63,577 nt of DNA, taken from Deltaproteobacteria bacterium. Lineage in GTDB: Archaea > Thermoplasmatota > Poseidoniia > Poseidoniales > Poseidoniaceae. The stretch is taken from contig JAOMAZ010000003.1 in the NCBI GenBank assembly GCA_028344335.1, positions 1 to 63,577 on the forward strand. The letters run 5' to 3'. A program made the translations under genes and the position numbers. Below the pieces are notes generated by a model that saw only the letters and a program-made list of their open reading frames with translations, ran no database searches and was not told the DNA's origin. Numbering within the stretch: the first letter of the stretch is position 1; each line of letters opens with the position of its first letter. Shown here in pieces: positions 17,227 through 25,937 of the stretch.

Positions 17227-17862
17227 TTACATTTCAGACGATACATAAGCCTTGGTTTCATCCATTTCTAATTTATACAACGCACAAATTTCCTCTGCTA
17301 AATCTCTACCGAAACCTTCCCTGCGACGACTCTTCTTATTCCCGCGTAGATTTATTTTTGCAACAAAATGACCGTCTGAGATTATGTGTAACTCGGGGTT
17401 ATAATATAGGCCCGAAATTGATTGGTGAAACACCAATCCAGTGATGTCTTCTTTTCCAAATTTGTGCGATGGAGTGTCCTTGGCAATTGGAAGCAATTCT
17501 GCTTCCAAATTAGGATATACCTTAATTCCAGAACCACTCAAAAAATCTGGATTAAGTATGCCGTTGGAATATTCGCGTTGCCACTCCAACCGTTCTTTCT
17601 TAATACTACGATCTTCGAAGAACTTAATTAGGCTTAGAATTCCTACCGTTGTTACTGTTAATACGAAATATGTAAAAATCTCAGATAGAAGGTTCAAAAC
17701 TTCGGAATGATTGGTTTTTTTACCGATAATTATCGGAGCAGTTAGAAAAATTTCCGGTTCATAATCGAAATCCTCATTGCAATATGGACACTCATATGTT
17801 CCTTTTGAATCACCGCCAAGGTCTACAGTCTTGAAGCATAAAGGACAATCTACTTCTACCAT
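17227..17862 (-). CDS. Hypothetical membrane protein with N-terminal zinc ribbon
   Basis: MVEVDCPLCFKTVDLGGDSKGTYECPYCNEDF (CxxC-x16-CxxC), then TM FTYFVLTVTTVGILSLIKFF, then an unrecognised ~130-aa C-terminal domain. The ATG at the rc of 17860-17862 is preferred over the TTG at 17913. Confidence 0.55.
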   Translation of the reverse strand: MVEVDCPLCFKTVDLGGDSKGTYECPYCNEDFDYEPEIFLTAPIIIGKKTNHSEVLNLLSEIFTYFVLTVTTVGILSLIKFFEDRSIKKERLEWQREYSNGILNPDFLSGSGIKVYPNLEAELLPIAKDTPSHKFGKEDITGLVFHQSISGLYYNPELHIISDGHFVAKINLRGNKKSRRREGFGRDLAEEICALYKLEMDETKAYVSSEM

Positions 17863-17928
17863 ATTAGAATCTGATTTCTTGATAGGTATAATTCTTGGCC
17901 CGACACTACCCAAACCCTTGTGATACCC

Positions 17929-17949
17929 ACGCGTGAGAAACTCACGCGT
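17929..17949. other. Perfect 9-bp stem / 3-nt loop hairpin (ACGCGTGAG-AAA-CTCACGCGT)
   Basis: Read directly from the sequence. It lies just upstream of the zinc-ribbon gene, at the edge of a ~420-bp stretch without a convincing ORF. Confidence 0.5.
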
Positions 17950-18331
17950 CGGTACCGTTCCAACAGCCGTAGGTTGGAAGGGGTCCCCCCTGTATAAGAG
18001 GAGTTATGTAGTCAATAATAACTCTTATATTGACTACAATAGTAACTATTGTCGGCATAGGAACTGTAGGTGGACTTTTCTGGTCAACACTTTTCGCACT
18101 TTGGTCATTTATTAACAGTAGAAAACCAGCAAGAGAAGAATAACCCATGCAAAACCCATTCTTAGGGTGTCTAGTTAGAACGCTAATGTCTGTACACTCT
18201 CTTCTACATGCTCCAGTCATACTGCCCCTAGCAGCGGAGGTTGAGGTTGAGAAATGTTCATTTTGAAGCAGTGTTGTCAAAGGTATGGAGATTAACACTC
18301 CTTCAAATAAAGATTCAGTTTCAACCGAGTT

Positions 18332-18544
18332 ATGCTAGATGCAAACCTGATGATTTACACCCTAAGTGCTTTGGCTGCTTTCCTGGCACTCATAATAACC
18401 ACCCGACTGGTTCGAAAAAGGAACAGAAAGCGTGTTAACCCTTGGAAAATAGGAACACCTGCATCCCGAAAAAGATCTGTTTTCAAAGAACGACCTCCAC
18501 AGCCTAGTGAGGCCCCGCCGGCTCACTTATTCCGTCAACAATAG
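18332..18544 (+). CDS. Small hypothetical membrane protein (70 aa)
   Basis: Single TM (IYTLSALAAFLALIITT) followed by a basic stretch RLVRKRNRKR. It ends 11 nt before the next gene. ORF evidence only. Confidence 0.4.
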   Translation: MLDANLMIYTLSALAAFLALIITTRLVRKRNRKRVNPWKIGTPASRKRSVFKERPPQPSEAPPAHLFRQQ

Positions 18545-18555
18545 GGGGCTTGTAA

Positions 18556-19146
18556 ATGAAAACTCCACTTATAATTTCATTGCTACTGTTAAGTGTAGCA
18601 CTTTCGGGTTGTGTTTCTAGACCTGTAGATTTGCTGGCTAATGAAGATGAAGGATATTCGTTCACTGTGGACACACTCAATCGTAGTGTGGACCGCGGCC
18701 CTCAATTCAACCTATCACATTCATTGAAAGAGGGGCCGATGATATTATTGTGGGTTTCAACCGGTTGCTATGGGTGCCATGAGTGGACTGATTTGTTTTT
18801 TGGAGGTATTGAAAATGGTACTTTGAGTAACCAATCAATTATCAGCATCCATCGTTATTCTGATTTTGAATCGCTTCAGAAACTGCACACTGTGTACGGG
18901 AGTATGAACAACTCCACACATCCAACATCTTGGCCTGTTTTGATTCCCAACGAAGAGACACCTGTAGTTGATGCAAAAACTGGATCAAAAGTGAATGGAG
19001 TTACAATTTATGAAGCATTCGAATATCCAGTGACGCCAACACTACAGATTGTCAATCAGCAAGGAGTAATAGTTTGGACTTCAGACCAATATAAACCAAC
19101 TCAATATTCGTTGAATGCTGTGATTGATGTTCTAAGTGAGTCTTGA
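18556..19146 (+). CDS. Thioredoxin-fold lipoprotein with CxxC motif
   Basis: Signal plus lipobox-like LLLLSVALSGC. ILLWVSTGCYGCHEW (W..x..CxxC context typical of TlpA/thioredoxin-like proteins). Confidence 0.6.
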   Translation: MKTPLIISLLLLSVALSGCVSRPVDLLANEDEGYSFTVDTLNRSVDRGPQFNLSHSLKEGPMILLWVSTGCYGCHEWTDLFFGGIENGTLSNQSIISIHRYSDFESLQKLHTVYGSMNNSTHPTSWPVLIPNEETPVVDAKTGSKVNGVTIYEAFEYPVTPTLQIVNQQGVIVWTSDQYKPTQYSLNAVIDVLSES

Positions 19147-19294
19147 ACACATGTGTAGCGAACCAAATGTCGGAATCCATAGTTTCGATGGTCTAGGTAG
19201 GCTAGCGTCTGTATCTACCCACTGACACCCTCAAACTGTATTTTGAAGTTGAATGGGGTTTCGATGAACCCTTGCAACTTATCCAAAAGAATTA

Positions 19295-19522
19295 GTGCAG
19301 GTTTGTTATCCGAGGGTTATGGCCAAGTGGTGGGAGCATTTGAAGAAAGAATTGCTTCGCCCAATTGATTTGAAAGGCAGAGACCGCGTTCCAGCAATTA
19401 TGTCCTTCATCATCTTGGCTTATGTCTTCAGGAATGGTTTGGTCTGGTGGGGCTGGTTTCCCATCATTGGATTCTTAATCCTTCATCGACTAATTGACTC
19501 ACTTTTTGGAGTTAAAACCTGA
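19295..19522 (+). CDS. Small hypothetical membrane protein (75 aa)
   Basis: Two hydrophobic segments (VPAIMSFIILAYVF, WWGWFPIIGFLILH). ORF evidence only. Confidence 0.4.
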   Translation: MQVCYPRVMAKWWEHLKKELLRPIDLKGRDRVPAIMSFIILAYVFRNGLVWWGWFPIIGFLILHRLIDSLFGVKT

Positions 19523-19543
19523 ATATATTATGCGGTAATCCAT

Positions 19544-19572
19544 AAAAAAAGTCTGCGGAATCCCGCACTTTT
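19544..19572. terminator. A7 - 5-bp hairpin (TGCGG/CCGCA) - T4: bidirectional terminator-like element in a convergent intergenic region
   Basis: AAAAAAA (19544-19550), TGCGG (19554-19558), loop AATC, CCGCA (19563-19567), CTTTT (19568-19572). Confidence 0.3.
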
Positions 19573-19709
19573 ACTCACTCTGTAAATGCTTTACCCACTT
19601 GGTTTTCTCATGGGTAGGGGCTACGCAAGCCCTCAGCACTGCGTTTGAGAATGAGAAACCCATACTCTGCGCAGTGTCCAAACTGAGTGGTTTGTATTTT
19701 CATCAGGTG

Positions 19710-22565
19710 TTAGTCCAAAAGAGCCGCTTCTATTACCTTCTCTTCGAGGATGGGGGTATCCCCAAAGTCTCGCCAAGAAGGCTGGCCCCTGATTTTGGCT
19801 GAAGCAGTCTTGGATGCAGAAAGAATGGATGGCAAAAGGAATACAGAAGTCAGGAATGCGAAGCAGATTAGTAACATCATCATGATGAAGAAATTCTCCA
19901 ACCCAGGGAAGGAAACGAAAAACCCAGCCGCTAGGCCACCCACTGTGGTTACGGTGGTCTCAAAGATGGTTTGACCAGTATGTTCGATGGAGGATTTAAT
20001 GCCGTTCGGCGTTTCTCCTTCTTCCTTGATTCTGTGCATCACGTGGATTGCATCATCAACTCCGATACCAAATACGATTGTACCGATCATGGCAGTGAAT
20101 ATGTTGACATTGACATCTCCTGATTGCATTAGAAGTGGTTGCCAAAGGATGACCACAGCAACTGGAATCATGGTGATTATTCCAAGCCTTGGTGAGCGGA
20201 ATACTGCCATTAGAACAAGTGTCAGAATTAGCATCGTCCATAGTGTGGTACTAGTTTGAGTATCGTGAATTCCTTTGTTTATATCCAAAGAGACGGGAAG
20301 GCCACCGGTTAATTTGCTAGTACTCGTTCCTACTAAGGTGTTGTTTTCTAGTAAAATGTCATCGATTTGGTCCCTCAATCCACCTGCATAGACGAGGTTA
20401 AGATAAGGTTGAACAACGTAGACCAAGCCTTTACCTTCGTTTGAATTTAACAGCATTGAACGGACTTCGTCCGACAATGAATCAAAGATGATATCAACCA
20501 TATCAGCCCGCCAACCAGCTCGGCCATTAGGGTCAGCATCCATGGCATAAAAGAGGGTGCAGCGGGGATTAGCTTCGGTAATTTCACTGGTCCAACATTC
20601 GTCGTGAAGGAACCCCCACATGCTGTCATTGTAGAGTGTGATGCCGGTATTTTCCTCCTCAATTACTACGGGTATTGAGTGTAAGAATGTGATTAAACTA
20701 GTTGTTGTAGTATTATTGACATCATTAACGATTTTATTTTCAAGTCGATCCATTTCATCGAGCACAGGCATATCTCTAATTTGAGTGGTGCCATTACTAC
20801 TGACCCGTTCTGTGGCATCAAAGATGAACATCGAAGTTTGCCCTCCGCCAAATTGTTCGGAATAAGTTGCTAATGTATTGAGTGAGTCGATTCCATCTGG
20901 AGCATCGCTAGTGCCAGTTATTGGCTTATCTAATTGGTCCATATTGATTATTCCATAACTTGTAATCGATCCAGTCACCAGTAGGATGAGGAGAAAATGC
21001 TTTACTGGGACGTTCCCTACTTTCCCCCACATCGGTGGATTTTCACGCTTATGATAACGCAGAAGCCAAGCCAATGTTGGAACTAATATTATTGAGAAAA
21101 ACAGAGTGCACATGATTCCAATAACGAGGGTCATTCCTACTGTTCTAATCGGTATGACTGGAACGATTGCGGGCATAATCATAACCGAGAAACCAACGAT
21201 TGTTGTGAAGGCTGAAAGGAATACTGCAACGCCGGTAGTCCTTGACATTTCGAGTGTTGCTGCCTTGTAAACTTCAACATCCCAGAGGTCTGGTATCGGC
21301 TCTTCTGCCAATCCTTGGCGCCTCCTATTGTGGTTGAGTTCTGCTAGTTCGTCTAGTCTTCTACCCCTACATTCTTCGATTCGATTCAACATATGTAGAG
21401 AGTAGTCGACTCCTAAACCAATCAATATCGGACCACAAGCAACGATCATCGGTGTCAGGGTAATGTCTAGCAATACGGTTGTACCAAAGGTTACTGCCAA
21501 GGCCATGCCGATTGGCAGGCCGGTTATGGCAACTACTTTCAGACTGCGGTGAAGGGCAGTAATAATCAGTATAACGATGACAATTGAGATTGGCATCATA
21601 GCCTTGAGGTCTTCAAATATCGCAGATGAAACATCTTGCAATACTTTGGTCAATCCAGTTTGTTGAAAACTTGTACCGCTTGGTTCATTTAACATCCACA
21701 CTGGGCGGTTTTCAGGATCTATCATTTTGTCTATATGGGCAAAAAACTCCTCGAAATCATCCCATTCTCCAGTAATATTCATTTCGTGATGAAGCCCAAT
21801 TACGATAACAGCGGTGTCCCATATCCCATCGCCATTGGTATCTTGAGCAAGGCTTGCTAAAGAACCACTCAACCTTTCGACGATTTCATCGACCCTATCT
21901 TGGTCATCTGGGATGCTATATGCTCCACCTGTGCCAGATTGGTCTACTCTTTCGGCACAGCCAATATTTAGGGTGATTCTCTCCTGCAGAACTTGGTCGC
22001 AAAAGGCAGTGTTAAATCGAGAATCTGTACTATTTACTTCTTTGATTACTTGAGAGGGGGAGATGACCCAAAGGATCCCATCGTTTACTCCACGGTCGGA
22101 TTTATCCCAGTCCAAGCCACGTTGCATGGTTCCATTTTCGATATTTCCATCATCTCCTTCTAACCAAGAGATTTCTTTTAGGACCCGAACATCAGTTACA
22201 TTGTAACCTTGTTCATCTCCCAAGCGGGCATTACTTGTTTGAATGTAAATCAAGCCAATATCAGTCGACCATTCTTCTCTAACTTCTAGGAGTAAGCCAG
22301 TGGAATCGGCTCCATCAGGAAGGAAAACTTCGAGGTCATCTTCTATTTGGTCTTGGAATGAAGCCCCCATATTGGCAAACCACGCGGTCATAAGGAGCAT
22401 CAATATCAAGGTTATTTTTGGAGCTTCAAGAAGACCGGAGTATAGTCGTTCTAACCCATCCTCGAGTGATTCACCGACCTTTTTACTGAAATGCTCAACT
22501 CTTACCCTTGCTGATTCAATAGATTGTTTAAGCGAAGATGCGCCAGATGGTGCGGCTGCGCTCAT
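19710..22565 (-). CDS. RND-superfamily exporter, COG1033/MMPL-type (two SSD-like 6-TM bundles plus two large extracytoplasmic loops)
   Basis: Duplicated motifs GLGVDYSLHMLNRIEE and GIGVDDAIHVMHRIKEE at the ends of two TM bundles. 951 aa. Paralogous to 31927-34581. Confidence 0.85.
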   Translation of the reverse strand: MSAAAPSGASSLKQSIESARVRVEHFSKKVGESLEDGLERLYSGLLEAPKITLILMLLMTAWFANMGASFQDQIEDDLEVFLPDGADSTGLLLEVREEWSTDIGLIYIQTSNARLGDEQGYNVTDVRVLKEISWLEGDDGNIENGTMQRGLDWDKSDRGVNDGILWVISPSQVIKEVNSTDSRFNTAFCDQVLQERITLNIGCAERVDQSGTGGAYSIPDDQDRVDEIVERLSGSLASLAQDTNGDGIWDTAVIVIGLHHEMNITGEWDDFEEFFAHIDKMIDPENRPVWMLNEPSGTSFQQTGLTKVLQDVSSAIFEDLKAMMPISIVIVILIITALHRSLKVVAITGLPIGMALAVTFGTTVLLDITLTPMIVACGPILIGLGVDYSLHMLNRIEECRGRRLDELAELNHNRRRQGLAEEPIPDLWDVEVYKAATLEMSRTTGVAVFLSAFTTIVGFSVMIMPAIVPVIPIRTVGMTLVIGIMCTLFFSIILVPTLAWLLRYHKRENPPMWGKVGNVPVKHFLLILLVTGSITSYGIINMDQLDKPITGTSDAPDGIDSLNTLATYSEQFGGGQTSMFIFDATERVSSNGTTQIRDMPVLDEMDRLENKIVNDVNNTTTTSLITFLHSIPVVIEEENTGITLYNDSMWGFLHDECWTSEITEANPRCTLFYAMDADPNGRAGWRADMVDIIFDSLSDEVRSMLLNSNEGKGLVYVVQPYLNLVYAGGLRDQIDDILLENNTLVGTSTSKLTGGLPVSLDINKGIHDTQTSTTLWTMLILTLVLMAVFRSPRLGIITMIPVAVVILWQPLLMQSGDVNVNIFTAMIGTIVFGIGVDDAIHVMHRIKEEGETPNGIKSSIEHTGQTIFETTVTTVGGLAAGFFVSFPGLENFFIMMMLLICFAFLTSVFLLPSILSASKTASAKIRGQPSWRDFGDTPILEEKVIEAALLD

Positions 22566-22596
22566 GGCACTTCGTGCTCAATTGCCGTCAAGAACC

Positions 22597-22734
22597 TACC
22601 TTCAGCATCTGCACCCAACATTGAGATTCCGACCTGTCAACTTACCTTCAGCATCCGCATCCAACATTGAGATTCCGACCTGTCAACTTACCTTCAGCAT
22701 CCGCACCCAACATTGAGATTCCGACCTGTTAAGA
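22597..22734. repeat. Tandem direct repeat, 3 copies x 46 bp, intergenic
   Basis: The unit TACCTTCAGCATC(C/T)GCA(C/T)CCAACATTGAGATTCCGACCTGTCAACT starts at 22597, 22643 and 22689, an exact 46-nt period. There are 2-3 substitutions between copies, and the third copy diverges in its last ~6 nt. Confidence 0.9.
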
Positions 22735-22790
22735 ATCGTCCGAGTATTTCGGACTTAGAGGAACAGAAAGGCTGCAACTTGTCAGATGAC

Positions 22791-23780
22791 TTAGTCCATG
22801 CCAAATTCACGAACGATTAGTAGCCTCATGAAAGTACGAGCACTCTGAAGTACGACTCCGGTTGCTATCAGAGCCAAACCAAGTACACCTACCCAAATGG
22901 CTGAGAGTCCTGCACCTACTGTGAAGTGTGTGTATTCACTCACTTGATTGACGGCTTTCATTCCCATGGCTGCACCAGCTAGTAAGAGAGAAACCCCTGG
23001 GAGTCCAAGAACCAGTAATGGCTTCTTCTGAGAGAGGGTAATCAGGGCGTAAATAAAGACTACAAATCCATGAGATACCGGTGTGTAAGATGACCCCTTT
23101 GGCACATCATAGCGAATAATAGTTGGAACTTCTTTGACAGTGAGTTCTTTTTCTTTGGCATCTTCAAGCAATTCTAATGATAATTCCATTCCCTCGCTGT
23201 CAAATCGAAGCCGTTGCAGAGCCAAGCGTGAGAATGCCCTAAAACCCGATTGAGTATCATTGATCCCTAATTCACTTGAAAGATTAGAAGCAGCAGTTAT
23301 CACTTTGATTCCTAGTTTACGGTAGGCGGGCATCGAGATACCATCACCGCCTTCCACGAATCTTGAACCGATGACCACATCTGCATCACCATCACGTATT
23401 GGTTTAACCAAGCGAGGTATGTCTTCTGGAGCGTGTTGTCCATCAGCGTCGAGAACAATTAACACGTCAGCATCTAATTCAATCGCTCGATGGAAAATAG
23501 ACTTCAATGCGCCACCATAGCCCCTGTTGAAACGGTGGCGGATGACTTCAGCCCCTAGACGGGTGGCGATCGAGGCACAACTATCAGAGGAACCATCATC
23601 GACGCAGATGATATTGTCGACGTGGTCACCAACCTGTAGGACGATGGTTCCAATTGTTTCCTCCTCATTGTACATAGGGAGGCCAGCGAGAATGCTAAAT
23701 TCATCGCCCGAGGTCTTCTCCATCGATTTCCTCCCGCGCCGCGCCCTGTTTAATGCTTTATCCGACATTTCACTTCGCAC
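22791..23780 (-). CDS. Family-2 glycosyltransferase (dolichyl-phosphate mannose/glucose synthase-like, GtrB/AglD-like) with C-terminal two-TM hairpin
   Basis: LAGLPMYNEEETIGTIV...ICVDDGSSDSC...VLDADGQH. C-terminal LVLGLPGVSLLLAGAAMG...GLSAIWVGVLGLALIATGVVL. The start may be internal (MEKTSGDEF, at 23723). Confidence 0.85.
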   Translation of the reverse strand: MRSEMSDKALNRARRGRKSMEKTSGDEFSILAGLPMYNEEETIGTIVLQVGDHVDNIICVDDGSSDSCASIATRLGAEVIRHRFNRGYGGALKSIFHRAIELDADVLIVLDADGQHAPEDIPRLVKPIRDGDADVVIGSRFVEGGDGISMPAYRKLGIKVITAASNLSSELGINDTQSGFRAFSRLALQRLRFDSEGMELSLELLEDAKEKELTVKEVPTIIRYDVPKGSSYTPVSHGFVVFIYALITLSQKKPLLVLGLPGVSLLLAGAAMGMKAVNQVSEYTHFTVGAGLSAIWVGVLGLALIATGVVLQSARTFMRLLIVREFGMD

Positions 23781-23825
23781 GCGGGTTTGAGCCTCGACCG
23801 CCGTTTCGTGCTACTGCTTAGTTAT

Positions 23826-24158
23826 TTACTCAGGCAGTAGGTGGCTGATGGTGGTTACAGAGCGCTCTCCGTCCATTACGCGGCGTAGTGCCGCCATGCT
23901 GATGACTAGAGGGACGTATGATTGTCCGTCACTGGTGGTGTAGGTGTTGCAATCGCTAAAGGCACTGGTGTTTACTGAAACCTTCAGGGCTCCACCGGCG
24001 TTACTCTTGCGGACATATCCTACTAGCAAGGAAGGGCTCTTCCCTGCGTTTTGTCCATCTTCTTCGTTCTTGGGCTTGTTTTGTTGTTTTCCGTTTTGCA
24101 TTTTCTTCACATCATTAGTGCATTTTGCTTTACCAACACTGCACCACTTCGCTGGCAA
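23826..24158 (-). CDS. Hypothetical protein (110 aa) with K/N/Q-rich N-terminus
   Basis: ORF only; family not recognised. It sits between the GT2 and epimerase genes. Confidence 0.4.
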   Translation of the reverse strand: MPAKWCSVGKAKCTNDVKKMQNGKQQNKPKNEEDGQNAGKSPSLLVGYVRKSNAGGALKVSVNTSAFSDCNTYTTSDGQSYVPLVISMAALRRVMDGERSVTTISHLLPE

Positions 24159-24253
24159 TTTTGTCGCTTTCCGTCTAAGTAATAATAGAACACGGTGAAG
24201 TTTGACTCAAAATAATTTGAAAAGTGGCATGTCGTAGTGTCGCAAATGTCAAA

Positions 24254-24279
24254 TCACTAGCGAGATTCGCCGCTAGTGA
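24254..24279. promoter_or_regulatory. Perfect 9-bp inverted repeat (TCACTAGCG-N8-CGCTAGTGA) ending 5 nt before the epimerase ATG
   Basis: TCACTAGCG at 24254-24262 and CGCTAGTGA at 24271-24279; ATG at 24285. Operator-like geometry; function is inferred only. Confidence 0.3.
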
Positions 24280-24284
24280 ATAAG

Positions 24285-25223
24285 ATGCGTTCATTGATTA
24301 CAGGCGGCGCCGGATTCATCGGTTCTCACCTTGCAGACAAGTTGCTATCAAATGGCCATCAAGTTAGGGTTTATGACAACCTCTCGAGTGGAAAGGAAGA
24401 GTTTCTCCACCATCACGGTGAGAATATAGAATTGGTAGTTGGAGATCTATTAGACCTTGAAAGTTTAACTATGGCAATGCAAGATGTCGATATGGTTTGG
24501 CATTTAGCTGCTAACCCAGACATCCGCTTAGGTACAAGAGTAACTGACACCGACCTTAAGCAAGGTACAGTAGCAACTTACAATGTTGTAGAAGCAATGC
24601 GTTTAACTGGAGTAAAAAACATCGCCTTTGCCTCTTCATCAGTCGTTTATGGGGAAGCTAAAGTAATGCCTACTCCTGAAGATTATGCACCATTATTCCC
24701 GATTTCCCTATATGGGGCCAGTAAATTAGCAGGTGAAGCATTACTAACATCTTGGGTTGGTACTTTTGGCCTCAAGTGTTGGATATTCCGATTCGCAAAT
24801 ATCGTTGGAGCAAGGGGGACACATGGAGTCATATTCGACTTCATCCACAAATTGAAGGCAGACCCTAAGCGCTTAGAAGTTCTCGGAAATGGCCGGCAAG
24901 AGAAATCATACATGGAGGTAGAGGACTGTGCTATGGCGATGATTCATATTGTTGAAGGACAAGATGAGGACATTAATTGTTTCAATCTCGGCTCCGGTGA
25001 TACTTGCTCAGTTCGCCGAATTGCCGAAATCGTCGTCGAAGAAAGTGGTTTGCAAAATGTCAGCATAGAATATACTGGAGGCGACAGAGGTTGGGCGGGA
25101 GATGTTCCTAAGGCCATGCTTGCAGTTGACAGATTATTAAATACAGGTTTTACTCCATCATTTGATAGTGAGGCCTCAATACGCCATACAGTACGTCGTC
25201 TTATAGAAGAAATTGGTCTCTAA
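24285..25223 (+). CDS. NAD-dependent sugar epimerase/dehydratase (UDP-glucose 4-epimerase-like SDR)
   Basis: ITGGAGFIGSHL Rossmann motif near the N-terminus. Catalytic YGASK. The ATG at 24285 (MRSLITGGAGF) is preferred over the GTG at 24276. Confidence 0.85.
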   Translation: MRSLITGGAGFIGSHLADKLLSNGHQVRVYDNLSSGKEEFLHHHGENIELVVGDLLDLESLTMAMQDVDMVWHLAANPDIRLGTRVTDTDLKQGTVATYNVVEAMRLTGVKNIAFASSSVVYGEAKVMPTPEDYAPLFPISLYGASKLAGEALLTSWVGTFGLKCWIFRFANIVGARGTHGVIFDFIHKLKADPKRLEVLGNGRQEKSYMEVEDCAMAMIHIVEGQDEDINCFNLGSGDTCSVRRIAEIVVEESGLQNVSIEYTGGDRGWAGDVPKAMLAVDRLLNTGFTPSFDSEASIRHTVRRLIEEIGL

Positions 25224-25235
25224 GGAAGTGGGAAA

Positions 25236-25937
25236 ATGAAGTTTAATGAATTAGCGAAAACAACGAGAGCAGAAAGCGATAGCAGGATGGGCAGTATGCT
25301 ACTTGTCTCAGGAGTATTTTTTATTGCCGTTATTCTGGTATTTTCTACAACTGATGCTATTCCAATCGGAGTCGATGAAGGTGAAATGCCACCCAATATA
25401 AAGGGCAAATCTCATGTTGCATTGGCAGGAGATGTGTGGAATGACTTTGACCTTTATTCCTTATTCCAATCAAATTGGACAGAAGGAGATTACAATGCCA
25501 CCTGGTTTGTTGTAGAATTCATGTCAACTGATTGTCCAATTTGCATGACATATTCTGACGAGATTGAAGAATTATCAGAATATTGGTTTGGGAGAGTCCA
25601 GTTTATCGCTGTAGCAGTTGATTTCAAATTTAATGAGGAATTCACCTCAACCCCTGAGGAAATAATCGCTTTTCAGGAAAAGAATGACTTTGAGGGCTGT
25701 AATCATGGCAAAGGAAATTGCAACACAAGAGATGGTGGACCTCACAACAAAGTTCTCTATGTCGATGATAGAGATGCATCTTCGATGAGTGATTGGGGGG
25801 TTCAGGGAACGCCAACTTCCTATATTCTCTCGCCAAATGGGATAGTAGTCTGGAACCAGCGTAACAACCAAGGTCAAGATTTGATTGAGGGTCTGGTAGA
25901 AATCGTTCCAACAGATGGTATGGGCGGTGGTGCTTGA
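25236..25937 (+). CDS. Membrane-anchored TlpA/ResA-like thiol:disulfide oxidoreductase
   Basis: N-terminal TM (LLVSGVFFIAVILVF). VVEFMSTDCPICMTY thioredoxin-fold CxxC. Confidence 0.7.
   Translation: MKFNELAKTTRAESDSRMGSMLLVSGVFFIAVILVFSTTDAIPIGVDEGEMPPNIKGKSHVALAGDVWNDFDLYSLFQSNWTEGDYNATWFVVEFMSTDCPICMTYSDEIEELSEYWFGRVQFIAVAVDFKFNEEFTSTPEEIIAFQEKNDFEGCNHGKGNCNTRDGGPHNKVLYVDDRDASSMSDWGVQGTPTSYILSPNGIVVWNQRNNQGQDLIEGLVEIVPTDGMGGGA

Noticed and set aside
17942-18298. 118-aa ORF (-) and 60-aa ORF (+, 17933-18115)
   Set aside because: They overlap each other, have no motifs, show odd composition, and begin inside or next to the perfect hairpin. They are treated as non-coding until comparative evidence says otherwise.
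22597-22734. Possible CRISPR array
   Set aside because: The repeats are directly abutting (46-nt period equals unit length) with no unique spacers. There are only three copies and no cas genes in the window. It is reported instead as a tandem repeat.
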